DNA of 64,000 nt from Candidatus Aenigmatarchaeota archaeon. Its GTDB lineage: Archaea; Aenigmatarchaeota; Aenigmatarchaeia; GW2011-AR5; JACRAC01. A model generated the notes under the pieces. It was given only the letters and a program-made list of their open reading frames with translations. It did not search any database and was not told the DNA's origin. The stretch is from positions 5,663 to 69,662 of the forward strand of contig JACPJV010000039.1 in the NCBI GenBank assembly GCA_016187395.1, read 5' to 3'. The translations under genes were made by a program, and so were the position numbers. Below are positions 1 through 8,332 of the stretch, piece by piece (position 1 is the first letter of the stretch; each line of letters begins with the position of its first letter).

Positions 1-81
1 AGTCCTCTTTGTTTTGATGTTTATCGAAGCCAGAAAATCCAGAGGATCCTTTCTCTTATCAGCCTTATTTGCGTCTTTCAT
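1..81 (-). CDS. partial CDS (N-terminus only, runs off left edge), hypothetical
   Basis: ATG at 81-79 on the minus strand opens a frame with no stop down to position 1 (MKDANKADKRKDPLDFLASINIKTKRT). Only 27 codons are visible and no family was recognised. Confidence 0.2.
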   Translation of the reverse strand, partial: MKDANKADKRKDPLDFLASINIKTKRT

Positions 82-131
82 GTTAAAGTATTCTAATCAA
101 ACAATTAAAAGTCTTTTGCCAATAGTCTGAC

Positions 132-593
132 ATGCCAACGCAGACCGCCACCTTTGCCGCAGGCTGTTTCTGGGGCGTGGAAGCGGCGTTCAGAAAGGCA
201 AAGGGCGTAATAGAGGTAACATCAGGGTATGCGGGCGGTTTTGTGCAAAAGCCTGCTTATGAGCAGGTATGCACAGGCAGGACAGGACACGCGGAGGCAG
301 TGCAGATAGAATTCGACCCGCAAAAAGTTTCTTATGAAGAACTGCTGCTGGTGTTCTGGGATATGCACGAGCCGACGCAGCTCAACAGGCAGGGCCCTGA
401 CATCGGCACGCAGTACAGGTCTGCGGTTTTTTATCACAGCGAGGCGCAGAGGAAGGCGGCGGAAAAATCAAAGGAGGAAGTGCAGAAGAAACACAGGGGG
501 AAAATAGTCACGGAGATAGTTCCTGCGAAAGAATTCTGGAGGGCTGAAGAATATCATCAGAGATATCTGGAGAAACACAATGCCGTATGCTGA
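132..593 (+). CDS. msrA: peptide methionine (S)-S-oxide reductase MsrA
   Basis: N-terminal GCFWG active-site motif, and full-length colinearity with the MsrA pattern (GYAGG, HAEAVQIEFDP, QYRSAVFY, YHQRYL). Confidence 0.95.
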   Translation: MPTQTATFAAGCFWGVEAAFRKAKGVIEVTSGYAGGFVQKPAYEQVCTGRTGHAEAVQIEFDPQKVSYEELLLVFWDMHEPTQLNRQGPDIGTQYRSAVFYHSEAQRKAAEKSKEEVQKKHRGKIVTEIVPAKEFWRAEEYHQRYLEKHNAVC

Positions 594-616
594 ATAGGTG
601 GTTTGGTTTTGCAATC

Positions 617-937
617 TCAGTAAAGCGAGAAGTCTGGCTGGGTCATCCTGCGCATCTGTTCCCTTTTTGAGGCATCTTCCATATGTTTCTCATGCTCGGC
701 ATCTGAAACAACCATCTTCTGGCCATTGCGGTACTTCAGGAAATCGTCAAGAATTCTCGCCTTTTGGTCAGGAGTCAGATAGTCATCGTAGCTGTCTATT
801 ATCTCCAGCACGCTTTCTGATACCCTTGGATCGCTTTTCTTTTCAAGAATTTTCAATATCCCAACCATCATGTTAAATTTGTCTTCCTGCATAACACCAC
901 ACCCTGAAGGTATGATTTGTTTCGTGGTTTCGCTCAT
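617..937 (-). CDS. hypothetical protein
   Basis: 106-aa ORF with plausible composition. The overlapping plus-strand ORF 598-876 looks like noise. No motif recognised. Confidence 0.4.
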   Translation of the reverse strand: MSETTKQIIPSGCGVMQEDKFNMMVGILKILEKKSDPRVSESVLEIIDSYDDYLTPDQKARILDDFLKYRNGQKMVVSDAEHEKHMEDASKREQMRRMTQPDFSLY

Positions 938-1177
938 ACCCCATCATATAGGAACATACCAAATGTCTAATTTAAAGTTAATATGGGATTAATGTGGGAG
1001 TATCATTATTCTTATCTGTAACCTCCAAGTGATTATACTAATAGGTTAAACATAGGTTAACCAAATAGTCAAATATATGACATCCGAATTTATCCTCCAT
1101 GGCAAGGAAATGCTAAATATTTTATTCAGATTGCACAAAGCCATGCGTTTTAAGTCAAGGTCTAGACAGATAAAAAT

Positions 1178-1570
1178 ATGCCTGTATCAGCAGACAGAAG
1201 CATGCAGAAGAAATATAGCATTGTCTTTATGATCATTATTGCAATTTTAGCGGCAGCCCTTTATTTCTCAGGATTTCTGGTTGATGAAGCGAAAATAGAT
1301 ATAGCGGGATGCGAAGCGAGCTATAACACGATACAGAAGGCAGTAAGATCGGACCTATGTCCGGATCCCCAGACGGAATGCATAGCAGAGCCTTTTGTTT
1401 CTGAACATAACGCCTTTGTTGAAGCCGCTTTATGTGCATGCGAGAAAACCAAGACAGACCCAAACGCAGCCAGAGCCCTTGAGGAGAAGTATAAGAACCG
1501 CTTTGATGCCGTCCGCACAGCAGAAGATATATGCAGCGGAAACGACCTTGTGAAGTGGACGTATGGGTGA
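1178..1570 (+). CDS. hypothetical membrane-anchored protein with conserved Cys
   Basis: One N-terminal hydrophobic helix (IVFMIIIAILAAALYFSGFL) followed by a soluble Cys-containing domain. Confidence 0.5.
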   Translation: MPVSADRSMQKKYSIVFMIIIAILAAALYFSGFLVDEAKIDIAGCEASYNTIQKAVRSDLCPDPQTECIAEPFVSEHNAFVEAALCACEKTKTDPNAARALEEKYKNRFDAVRTAEDICSGNDLVKWTYG

Positions 1571-1602
1571 AGTATTTATATATATGTATGTATATATACA
1601 CT

Positions 1603-1830
1603 ATGACAAAGATTGTTTCGCTTTCAGAAAGCGCTTACGAGGAGTTGTCCAGACTTAAAAGGGAAGGAGAATCGTTTTCTTCTGTTGTGAGGAGAATAGC
1701 AGAGAAAGAGAAAAGAAGATCAATCATGGAATTCTACGGAGCGTGGGCTGACAAGAAAGGGATGGATAAAATATTTCTGGAAATCTCTAAAGAGCGCGAG
1801 AAATCGAAGTTCAGGGAAGTCAGGATCTAG
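1603..1830 (+). CDS. vapB: VapB-type antitoxin (archaeal putative-antitoxin family pattern)
   Basis: Start moved to the ATG at 1603 (MTKIVSLSESAYEELSRLKREGESFSSVVRRI), a typical short archaeal antitoxin N-terminus. A PIN gene lies downstream. Confidence 0.7.
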   Translation: MTKIVSLSESAYEELSRLKREGESFSSVVRRIAEKEKRRSIMEFYGAWADKKGMDKIFLEISKEREKSKFREVRI

Positions 1831-1837
1831 CAGGGTG

Positions 1838-2060
1838 TATAGTGCTGCAAGGAATACAATGAGGAACTCCGTTCCTCATGTACAGCAGAAGCTTTGCTTC
1901 TGCTTGTAAATCAGGATTAGTCAGATATGATAATTCCTTGCGCACTACAAGGCGAATCAGAGATTCGCCTGTACAGCAGAAGCTTTGCTTCTGCTTGTAT
2001 ATGTGAAACAAGGATTATAAATATCCGACGTAGTCGGGATTAATTCCTTGTTTCACTATA
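1838..2060. repeat. composite hairpin repeat cluster (family F1, TATAGTG...CACTATA)
   Basis: TATAGTGCTGCAAGGAAT...ATTCCTTGCGCACTA encloses the perfect hairpins ATGAGGAAC/GTTCCTCAT and CAGCAGAAGC/GCTTCTGCTTG. A second unit ends GTTTCACTATA. Confidence 0.85.
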
Positions 2061-2104
2061 AATGCGTATTCGCGTTGCCTTTCGGCAACGCGAGGTGTGT
2101 GACG

Positions 2105-2497
2105 ATGGCGGTGATGGACACGGATATCCTGGTTGCATTCTTGAGAAAGGATGTGAATGCCAAGAAAAAAATAGAAAGCATGGTACAGCTCGGAATAAAG
2201 CTGTCAACTACATCTATAACAGCGGCAGAGCTTTTCAAAGGGGCATATAAATCAAGGGATGAAGACGCTGTTAAAACCGTTTATGAGCTGCTGGTTTCTA
2301 TGGAGGTTCTCGATTTCGGCATGGAAGCTGCTAATGTTGCAGGGAAAATCTCCTCGGAACTGGAGAAAGGCGGGAGGAAAATTGGCTCAATGGATACTAT
2401 GATAGCAGCGATTGTTATTTCGCATGGAGAATCCATTATAACCAGAAATGAAAGGCATTTCGGAAGAATTCCGTACCTTCATCCGGAGAAATGGTGA
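2105..2497 (+). CDS. vapC: PIN-domain ribonuclease toxin VapC
   Basis: Start moved to the ATG at 2105 (MAVMDTDILVAFL). PIN acidic residues are present (D at N-terminus, E, D, and the C-terminal SIITRNERHF pattern). Confidence 0.85.
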   Translation: MAVMDTDILVAFLRKDVNAKKKIESMVQLGIKLSTTSITAAELFKGAYKSRDEDAVKTVYELLVSMEVLDFGMEAANVAGKISSELEKGGRKIGSMDTMIAAIVISHGESIITRNERHFGRIPYLHPEKW

Positions 2498-2506
2498 AAT
2501 ATTAAA

Positions 2507-2773
2507 TCATTTTTCCCTCCAGTTTACTTCAGCTTCTTTCAGGAACCCTGTTTCAACCATATGGTCGATCTCTGCGTCTTGCAACCCGTATTCGCGAAGG
2601 TCCTCTCGCCTAAACCTTGTTTCCCTTTCCATGAGCGATAGCATCGCTAGTTTCTCTTCAGGCGGATTTGGCATCTGTTCAATCATCCTTCGCATTTTGG
2701 AAATTCTTCTCACTTGATAAACTAAATGCATGTCTATAAAGAAAGGGAGAAAAGTTATATGCGTGCTTTTCAA
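2507..2773 (-). CDS. hypothetical small protein (start uncertain; ATGs at 2731, 2695, 2686)
   Basis: ORF only. The track start is TTG. The charged helical C-terminal part looks protein-like. Confidence 0.3.
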   Translation of the reverse strand: MKSTHITFLPFFIDMHLVYQVRRISKMRRMIEQMPNPPEEKLAMLSLMERETRFRREDLREYGLQDAEIDHMVETGFLKEAEVNWREK

Positions 2774-2775
2774 TT

Positions 2776-5367
2776 CTACTTCATCTTCTTCCCTAATACT
2801 CGTGTGAATGCGAAAAGAACGGCTGCAGATACGATAATCATGCCCCAGTCGATCAAGGACAACGGCACCGTGCTGAAGGCGATCTGCAGCGGTTCTGTGT
2901 ATAAAACAAGCATTTGCAGAAAGAGCGAAGCAAAAACCGCTGCAAGCAGCTTTTTGTTTGACGAAAATGAGAGGTCGCTCTTGAGCCTTACAGAATAAAC
3001 ACGGACCATTTCAAAAACTACCAGCGAGGTAAATGCCACGGTCTGGGCCTTTGCAATGTCGCCTACATTAGCATAGAAAAGGACGAACGTGGCAGCAGCT
3101 ATCAGCGTTCCTATAATAAAAACATTTCTCAGCATGCTTCTGGACAGAGGCCTCTCCTGCGGATTTTTCGGCTTTCTTTTCATTATTTCCGGCGGTGCCG
3201 GGTCCAGTCCTAGCGCAGTGGCAGGGAGGCCGTCTGTCACAAGGTTTATCCATAGCAATTGCACTGCGGTTATTGGCAGAAATTCGGGCCCTAGTATGAG
3301 TATGGTAGCTGCTACAAGTATAACCTCGCCTATGTTGCTTGACAGGAGGTATTCAATAAAATTCTGAATATTACTGTATATAGTCCTTCCTTCCTTTACT
3401 GCGGACACGATCGTGGAAAAATTATCATCAGTAAGCACCATGTCGCTGGCTTCTTTTGCGACATCTGTTCCCTTAATTCCCATTGCAATGCCTACGTCTG
3501 CACGCTTGAGGGCAGGCGCGTCGTTTACGCCGTCGCCAGTCATTGCGATCACATGGCCCTTTTTCTTTAGTGCGTCAACAATACGCACCTTCTGTATCGG
3601 ATCAACGCGCGCATAGACGCGGGTCCTTTCCACAACAGACTCTAATTTTGCGTCGCTCATTCCTTCCAGTTCATTCCCGGTGACCACACTTTCGGAAGGG
3701 ATGCCTATCTGCCTTGCAATTGCACCGGCAGTGTTGGCATGGTCTCCTGTTATCATTATCACGCCGATCCCCGCTTCTTCGCAGAGTTTTACATCTTCAG
3801 AAACGCCTTCACGCGGGGGATCTATCATTCCTATCAGGCCAGCAAAGACGAGGTTTTTTTCCAACGTTTCATCCGCTTTCGGCGATTCTTTGCCTTCCAC
3901 ATCCCTGTAAGCCATGCACAGGACACGCAATGCATCTGATGCCATTCTTTCATTCTCTTTCATTACCTGTTTTTTATCAGCCGTAGAAATCGCAACAACT
4001 TTCCCGTTTTTCAATATTTTCGCGCATTTTTTCAGGACAATCTCCACGGCACCTTTTACGTAAAGGCGCCTTCTGATGCCGTATTCATTCAAAGTGCTCA
4101 TCATTTTTCTTTCAGAACTGAACGGCACTTCACCCAAGCGTTTTTCATGATATTGGTCAAGGGAAGATGCCTTTGATGCTGCAACAAGCAGGGCAAGCTC
4201 TGTGCTGTCTCCAATCATGCTGCTGTTTTCTATGTATGCGTTGTTGCAAAGCGCCGCTATCTTAAGGGAAAGCATGAGCTGGCTATAGGCCTTTGGTTCT
4301 ATCTCTTTGCCGCTGAGCAGAAAGGAGCCCTCTTTTGAGAAGCCGTGACCTGTAGTTTCAAAAAGATCTCCTGCGTAGATGCGTGTTACCGTCATCTCGT
4401 TTTTGGTCATTGTCCCTGTCTTGTCTGCACAGATAAAAGTCGTGCTGCCCAGCGCCTCCACCGCGGTAAGCCTTCTGACAATCGCATTTTTCTGCGACAT
4501 TCTCTGCATGCCAAATGCCATTGTGATTGTTACAATAGCCGGGAGCCCTTCAGGCACAGCGGCTACGGCGAGGGCAATCCCAAATTTTATCATCCCTAAA
4601 AACTCCCCTCCCCTCAGAAGGCCTGCTGCTATAATTGCAATGCTTATAGCTGCGACAAGAATTCCAATCCTTTTTCCAAAGGAGCCGAGGTTTTTCTGCA
4701 GAGGCGTTTGCTCATCGTGCTCTTCCTGAAGCATGCCGGCTATCTTGCCGAATTCCGTGGACATGCCTGTTGCGTAAACAACGCCTGTAGCACGGCCGTA
4801 CGTGACTACAGTTCCTGAAAAGGAGCTGTCTTCCGCCTTCTTTTCCACATCTTCAGATTCTCCTGTCAGCGACGCTTCGTTTACCTTAAGATTAACAACA
4901 GAAAGAAGCCTCATGTCAGCCGGAACACGGCTTCCTTCTTCTAAAAGCACGACATCTCCCGGAACCAGCTCGCTTGTATCTACCTGCCTATGCTTTCCGT
5001 CCCTTACTACAAGCGCATGCGGAGCTGCAAGTTTTTTCAAGGCAGCTAGTGCATTTTCAGCCTTGTATTCCTGGCGAAAACCGACCACGGCGTTTAAGAA
5101 AACTATGGCAAGGATAACGGCGCTGTCTATGAAATTCTCTATGAATGCCGAGAACAAAGCTGCAAAAATCAGAAGGACAATCAGGATGCTCTTGAACTGA
5201 CTGATTAAGATAAGAAGCGCGTTCACCCTTTTCTTCTCTGTTATTTCGTTCTTCCCGTATATTTTCAGCCTTTTCTGCGCGTCTGAACCAGTCAGGCCGC
5301 GCTCTGATGTACTCAGCTCTTTCATGAGTTCTTGAATAGATTTTTCATCTTCCTTCTGCTGAGCCAT
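2776..5367 (-). CDS. P-type cation-transporting ATPase (type IIA/Ca2+-ATPase-like)
   Basis: Motifs TGES (SLTGESEDV), PEGLPA, the phosphorylation site CADKTGTMT, and TGDGVNDAPAL. Start placed at ATG 5367 (MAQQKEDEK). Confidence 0.95.
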   Translation of the reverse strand: MAQQKEDEKSIQELMKELSTSERGLTGSDAQKRLKIYGKNEITEKKRVNALLILISQFKSILIVLLIFAALFSAFIENFIDSAVILAIVFLNAVVGFRQEYKAENALAALKKLAAPHALVVRDGKHRQVDTSELVPGDVVLLEEGSRVPADMRLLSVVNLKVNEASLTGESEDVEKKAEDSSFSGTVVTYGRATGVVYATGMSTEFGKIAGMLQEEHDEQTPLQKNLGSFGKRIGILVAAISIAIIAAGLLRGGEFLGMIKFGIALAVAAVPEGLPAIVTITMAFGMQRMSQKNAIVRRLTAVEALGSTTFICADKTGTMTKNEMTVTRIYAGDLFETTGHGFSKEGSFLLSGKEIEPKAYSQLMLSLKIAALCNNAYIENSSMIGDSTELALLVAASKASSLDQYHEKRLGEVPFSSERKMMSTLNEYGIRRRLYVKGAVEIVLKKCAKILKNGKVVAISTADKKQVMKENERMASDALRVLCMAYRDVEGKESPKADETLEKNLVFAGLIGMIDPPREGVSEDVKLCEEAGIGVIMITGDHANTAGAIARQIGIPSESVVTGNELEGMSDAKLESVVERTRVYARVDPIQKVRIVDALKKKGHVIAMTGDGVNDAPALKRADVGIAMGIKGTDVAKEASDMVLTDDNFSTIVSAVKEGRTIYSNIQNFIEYLLSSNIGEVILVAATILILGPEFLPITAVQLLWINLVTDGLPATALGLDPAPPEIMKRKPKNPQERPLSRSMLRNVFIIGTLIAAATFVLFYANVGDIAKAQTVAFTSLVVFEMVRVYSVRLKSDLSFSSNKKLLAAVFASLFLQMLVLYTEPLQIAFSTVPLSLIDWGMIIVSAAVLFAFTRVLGKKMK

Positions 5368-5452
5368 GATAATTATCTTCGGAAGCCTCCTCTTAAAACC
5401 CACGCCTTTAAAAATAGGTTTGGAGAAGGCATGGCTTAATTCAAGACTAATG

Positions 5453-6859
5453 TCAAGAATTCAGCTTCATGAATTTTGTGTTTTTCAACAAAGTTTCGTA
5501 ACTATTTCCGGTCATAGAGCATATTTTCTGCAGGAAATCCCTGGCTATGCCTTCGAATTGCACAAATGCTTTTGAGCCTATAAGTTCTATGCCGTGCGCA
5601 ATTATCGAATTATCGCGAATACGCACGGATCCCAAAAATCGCTTCAGGTCGTCAAAGGATTTTCCTTTCCACAATTCGTCTTGAAGCAGGGATAAGATTA
5701 TGTGACCGTCTTTGATGCCTATCTCTGCAGGCACGATTCTCTCTGTTCCGTATAGTTTTTTCGTCAACTCACCATATTTTATCTCTATTTCTGCAATCTT
5801 GCTGTACATAGGCTGGGAGGTGGTGATTCCATGCGTGCTCAGCCTGTACTGGGAAATCAGTTCCAGAAGCCGGTATAACCTGGTAATGGAATCTTCCTGC
5901 CGGTTCACTTCCTTTCTCCGCAACGCATTAAGGTACATGTCGATGAGCAGGTGAACAACAAAATCTTCATTTTTCAGGTTCTCCTCAAATTTCTGCCCGG
6001 GCTTAAGATTCGCCAGAAATTTCAATACCGCAAGATTATTTGCTATTTGCGCATGCTCAAACCTGATTCCGTATTGCCTTAATTTTCCCATCAATTCCTC
6101 CAGCTTTTTTTCAGCAGCTATGTAATTGAATGCATCCCACTGATCGTAGCCTTCAGCAAGCAGCGCCTTAATTTCGAATATTCTGGGATCTGCCACTTTT
6201 TTGCACAGGTCTCTGAATAAAATCGCTGCGGAATTAAACGAATACGTGTTGAACAGATAGGTTGCATGGTTATTCTCAAGCTCGCCAAAAACTTCATACG
6301 GATTTCTTACCCTTACAAGGGTTTCTGTTCCAGGCAGCCCCCGTTTTATTTCATCGATCCATTCCTCGTCAATGTAGACTATATCAAAACCAAAAAACGA
6401 TGCCATTATTCCTGCGCTCGCGGACATTATGCGCTTGCCTCTTGTCAGGTCTACGGCAACGCGCTTGCCTTCAAACAGCGGAAACCTGTCCTTTATTTTT
6501 CCATAAATTTCCGCCAAATCCATTCCAGAATATTCTATATCATCAATTTCATAATCCTCTCTTTTCAGACTTGCTTTTTGAATGATAAAATCAAGAAAAT
6601 AATTTCTGAACTCCTTTGTGCAGATAAAATAAACTTTCTTAGGTTTTAGGGCATTTATGAGGAGAATATAGTATCTTTTTTCCAACCCAGCCGGGATTAT
6701 CAGCCAATCGTACCGCGACATGCCCATTTCAGAGACTTTTTTTATAAGGGTTTTTTCTGAAATTTCATGCATATTTTCCCAATAAAGGACTTCGGCTTCA
6801 TTAAAATGACCTTTAAGGACAAGTTCTTTCCATTTTTCCCGTAACTGCCCAAGTTCCAT
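5453..6859 (-). CDS. CARF-domain protein with C-terminal HEPN-like motif (Cas02710-like), orphan
   Basis: N-terminal Rossmann-like pattern (WLIIPAG...VYFICT...VAVDLTRGKRIMSASAG). The C-terminal RIRDNSIIAHG fits the R-x4-6-H HEPN signature. ATG start at 6859; the track start is TTG. Confidence 0.6.
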   Translation of the reverse strand: MELGQLREKWKELVLKGHFNEAEVLYWENMHEISEKTLIKKVSEMGMSRYDWLIIPAGLEKRYYILLINALKPKKVYFICTKEFRNYFLDFIIQKASLKREDYEIDDIEYSGMDLAEIYGKIKDRFPLFEGKRVAVDLTRGKRIMSASAGIMASFFGFDIVYIDEEWIDEIKRGLPGTETLVRVRNPYEVFGELENNHATYLFNTYSFNSAAILFRDLCKKVADPRIFEIKALLAEGYDQWDAFNYIAAEKKLEELMGKLRQYGIRFEHAQIANNLAVLKFLANLKPGQKFEENLKNEDFVVHLLIDMYLNALRRKEVNRQEDSITRLYRLLELISQYRLSTHGITTSQPMYSKIAEIEIKYGELTKKLYGTERIVPAEIGIKDGHIILSLLQDELWKGKSFDDLKRFLGSVRIRDNSIIAHGIELIGSKAFVQFEGIARDFLQKICSMTGNSYETLLKNTKFMKLNS

Positions 6860-6927
6860 GGAAAAGATGGTAAACAAATTGTTATAAACCTTGTTTCTCA
6901 ATTAAATGCATGCCTCCGTAGCTCAGT

Positions 6928-7057
6928 TCCAATCCCTTTCAGAAGGCGAATGGACGTTCCTGCAGGAACGTCAGTTTGCAAACGAAAGAAAGGTCTTGGA
7001 GAACCCCAAAGAAAGGGAACGTTGCTTCGCAACGATAATATGGGATTGGAGAGAAAT
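6928..7057 (+). other. tRNA intron 1 (D-loop, non-canonical position, about 130 nt)
   Basis: A 9-bp closing helix (6928-6936 with 7042-7050) is flanked by unpaired triplets and a 3-bp helix, which is a relaxed BHB-like arrangement. Contains a copy of hairpin element E. Confidence 0.6.
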
Positions 7058-7079
7058 CTGGTAGAGCGGCTGCCTTGTA

Positions 7080-7252
7080 TCCAAGTGAAGCCGCCGAGCA
7101 AGGAAATTTCAAGCGGAAAAATGAAAGGAGCGTTCTCAAGGACGTAAGGGAGAACGCTCAGATTGCTTCCGAAGAAATTTCGCAGCGAGGCGAGCTGAAT
7201 GCGGAAGGAGTGCAGCGCTGCTGTTATGAGCAGTGTGCTATGAAAACAAGAC
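7080..7252 (+). other. tRNA intron 2 (canonical 37/38 position, about 173 nt)
   Basis: Anticodon-side CTTGT (7074-7078) pairs with intron ACAAG (7246-7250). A 3-nt bulge ACA (7251-7253) lies next to the anticodon stem, as expected for the 3' splice-site bulge. Confidence 0.7.
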
Positions 7253-7460
7253 AGCAGCAGGTCGTGAGTTCGATTCTCACCGGAGGCTTTGAGCAGGGAG
7301 TGCAAAGCCCCACCGACAGAGGCAAGAGGTTCGGGGTTCAAAGGATGAGCGTGGCGCATGTTTATCGGACAGATGTCAGGTATGCCCAGGCAGTGGCGCT
7401 CCTCAGGCGCGACCCGGCGGTTTCGTCCCGCGACAAGCAGATGATTTGCTCCGTATTATT

Positions 7461-7733
7461 ACCCACGCCTAAAGGTGTGGGTTTCTCAGAGCACAAGCAA
7501 GAGCGAAGCTCTTGCGGTGCAGCATGAATCTCCGATTCATGCTTGCAAAGCATGTCGGAAGCCTTCTGTATCATACAAGCAGGAGCATATCTCCTGCTGT
7601 ACAGGAGGAACGTTGTTCCTCCTTGTATCCTCCGCTTACAAGCAAGAGCGAAGCTCTTGCTGTACAGGTGAACCTTTGGTTCACCATGTAAAAGCGGAGG
7701 ATTTATGTGGAGGCTTCCGCCTATAATCCACAG
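7461..7733. repeat. composite hairpin repeat cluster (family F1)
   Basis: At least seven consecutive perfect hairpins, for example CAAGCAGGAGC/CTCCTGCTG, AGGAGGAAC/GTTCCTCCT, GGTGAACC/GGTTCACC. An outer stem ATCCTCCGCTT/AAGCGGAGGAT encloses two of them. Confidence 0.8.
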
Positions 7734-7908
7734 CCTTTCCTCCCACCAACTATTTAGGCATTTTGGTAGCAGAGTGTTGCCTGATTCTAGACAGGCAGGC
7801 ATGGAAATGCTCTTATACCAAAGGGCATTTTGTAGAAATTCGCCATAAATCCTGAAAATACTACCCTTTTATACTTATCGCCGGGTTAGTTTGGAAAGGT
7901 GACAATGT

Positions 7909-8289
7909 ATGAAAACTGAAAAGTGGGGCGAATACGCCGCATTGCTTGGTGTCATCGTAGCGGTCTTGGTAGGACTTGCTGCAGCAAGCGATGGGCTAGT
8001 CGCCGGAGCAACTTCTGCCTGGATCGCAGTGTTGCTAGTTGTGCTCGGAATAATTGTCGGGCTTACAACCATAGCAGAAAAGGAGGTTACATCCTTCCTT
8101 ATAGCTGCTATCGCGTTGGTTGTCAGCTCAGTCAGCGTACCTGCTTTTGGAGCATTCTCAGGCGTTCCTGAGCTTGCTGTCCTGGGCAGTATATTGACTG
8201 CGATTTTCCAGAACATAGCAACTCTGATCGCACCGGCAGCTGTTATCGTGGCGTTCAAGGCCGTTTGGTCATTGGCGTCTCGAAGATAG
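7909..8289 (+). CDS. hypothetical integral membrane protein (about 4 TM)
   Basis: 126 aa, almost entirely hydrophobic helices rich in A/V/L/G. The antisense ORF 7875-8309 is rejected. Confidence 0.6.
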   Translation: MKTEKWGEYAALLGVIVAVLVGLAAASDGLVAGATSAWIAVLLVVLGIIVGLTTIAEKEVTSFLIAAIALVVSSVSVPAFGAFSGVPELAVLGSILTAIFQNIATLIAPAAVIVAFKAVWSLASRR

Positions 8290-8292
8290 TCC

Positions 8293-8332
8293 AGGTCTTT
8301 GATGATCAAAGACCTTTTGTTTTTATTTTTTT
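8293..8332 (+). terminator. hairpin plus oligo-T terminator candidate
   Basis: An 11-bp perfect stem AGGTCTTTGAT/ATCAAAGACCT, followed by TTTTGTTTTTATTTTTTT directly after the stop at 8289. Confidence 0.45.

Larger units (their letters stand above)
6912..7288 (+). tRNA. tRNA-Thr(UGU) interrupted by two long introns
   Basis: Exons 6912-6927, 7058-7079 and 7253-7288 join into a 74-nt cloverleaf. Acceptor GCCTCCG/CGGAGGC; D arm GCTC-AGTCTGGTA-GAGC; anticodon arm GCTGC-CTTGTAA-GCAGC; variable loop AGGTC; T arm GTGAG-TTCGATT-CTCAC. All stems are Watson-Crick paired. Confidence 0.8.

Noticed and set aside
7080-7252. Box C/D sRNA encoded in the long tRNA intron, as in some archaeal tRNA-Trp introns
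   Set aside because: CTGA (D-like) strings exist, but no RTGATGA C box and no terminal kink-turn pairing were found in either intron.
7289-7460. GC-rich non-coding stretch downstream of the tRNA, examined as a possible second tRNA, SRP RNA or RNase P RNA fragment (contains GGTTCAAA and two GTGGCGC strings)
   Set aside because: I could not build a cloverleaf on either strand: the T-loop-like GGTTCAAA lacks complementary flanks. No conserved SRP or RNase P motif was recognised. Left unannotated.
6898-7802. Three long ORFs from the track (6898-7359 minus, 7075-7527 plus, 7362-7802 minus)
   Set aside because: They run through the tRNA-Thr exons and introns and through the F1 hairpin cluster. 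Their translations are low complexity (runs of S, L, R, C). Palindromic repeats produce open frames on both strands. No start context or motif supports them.
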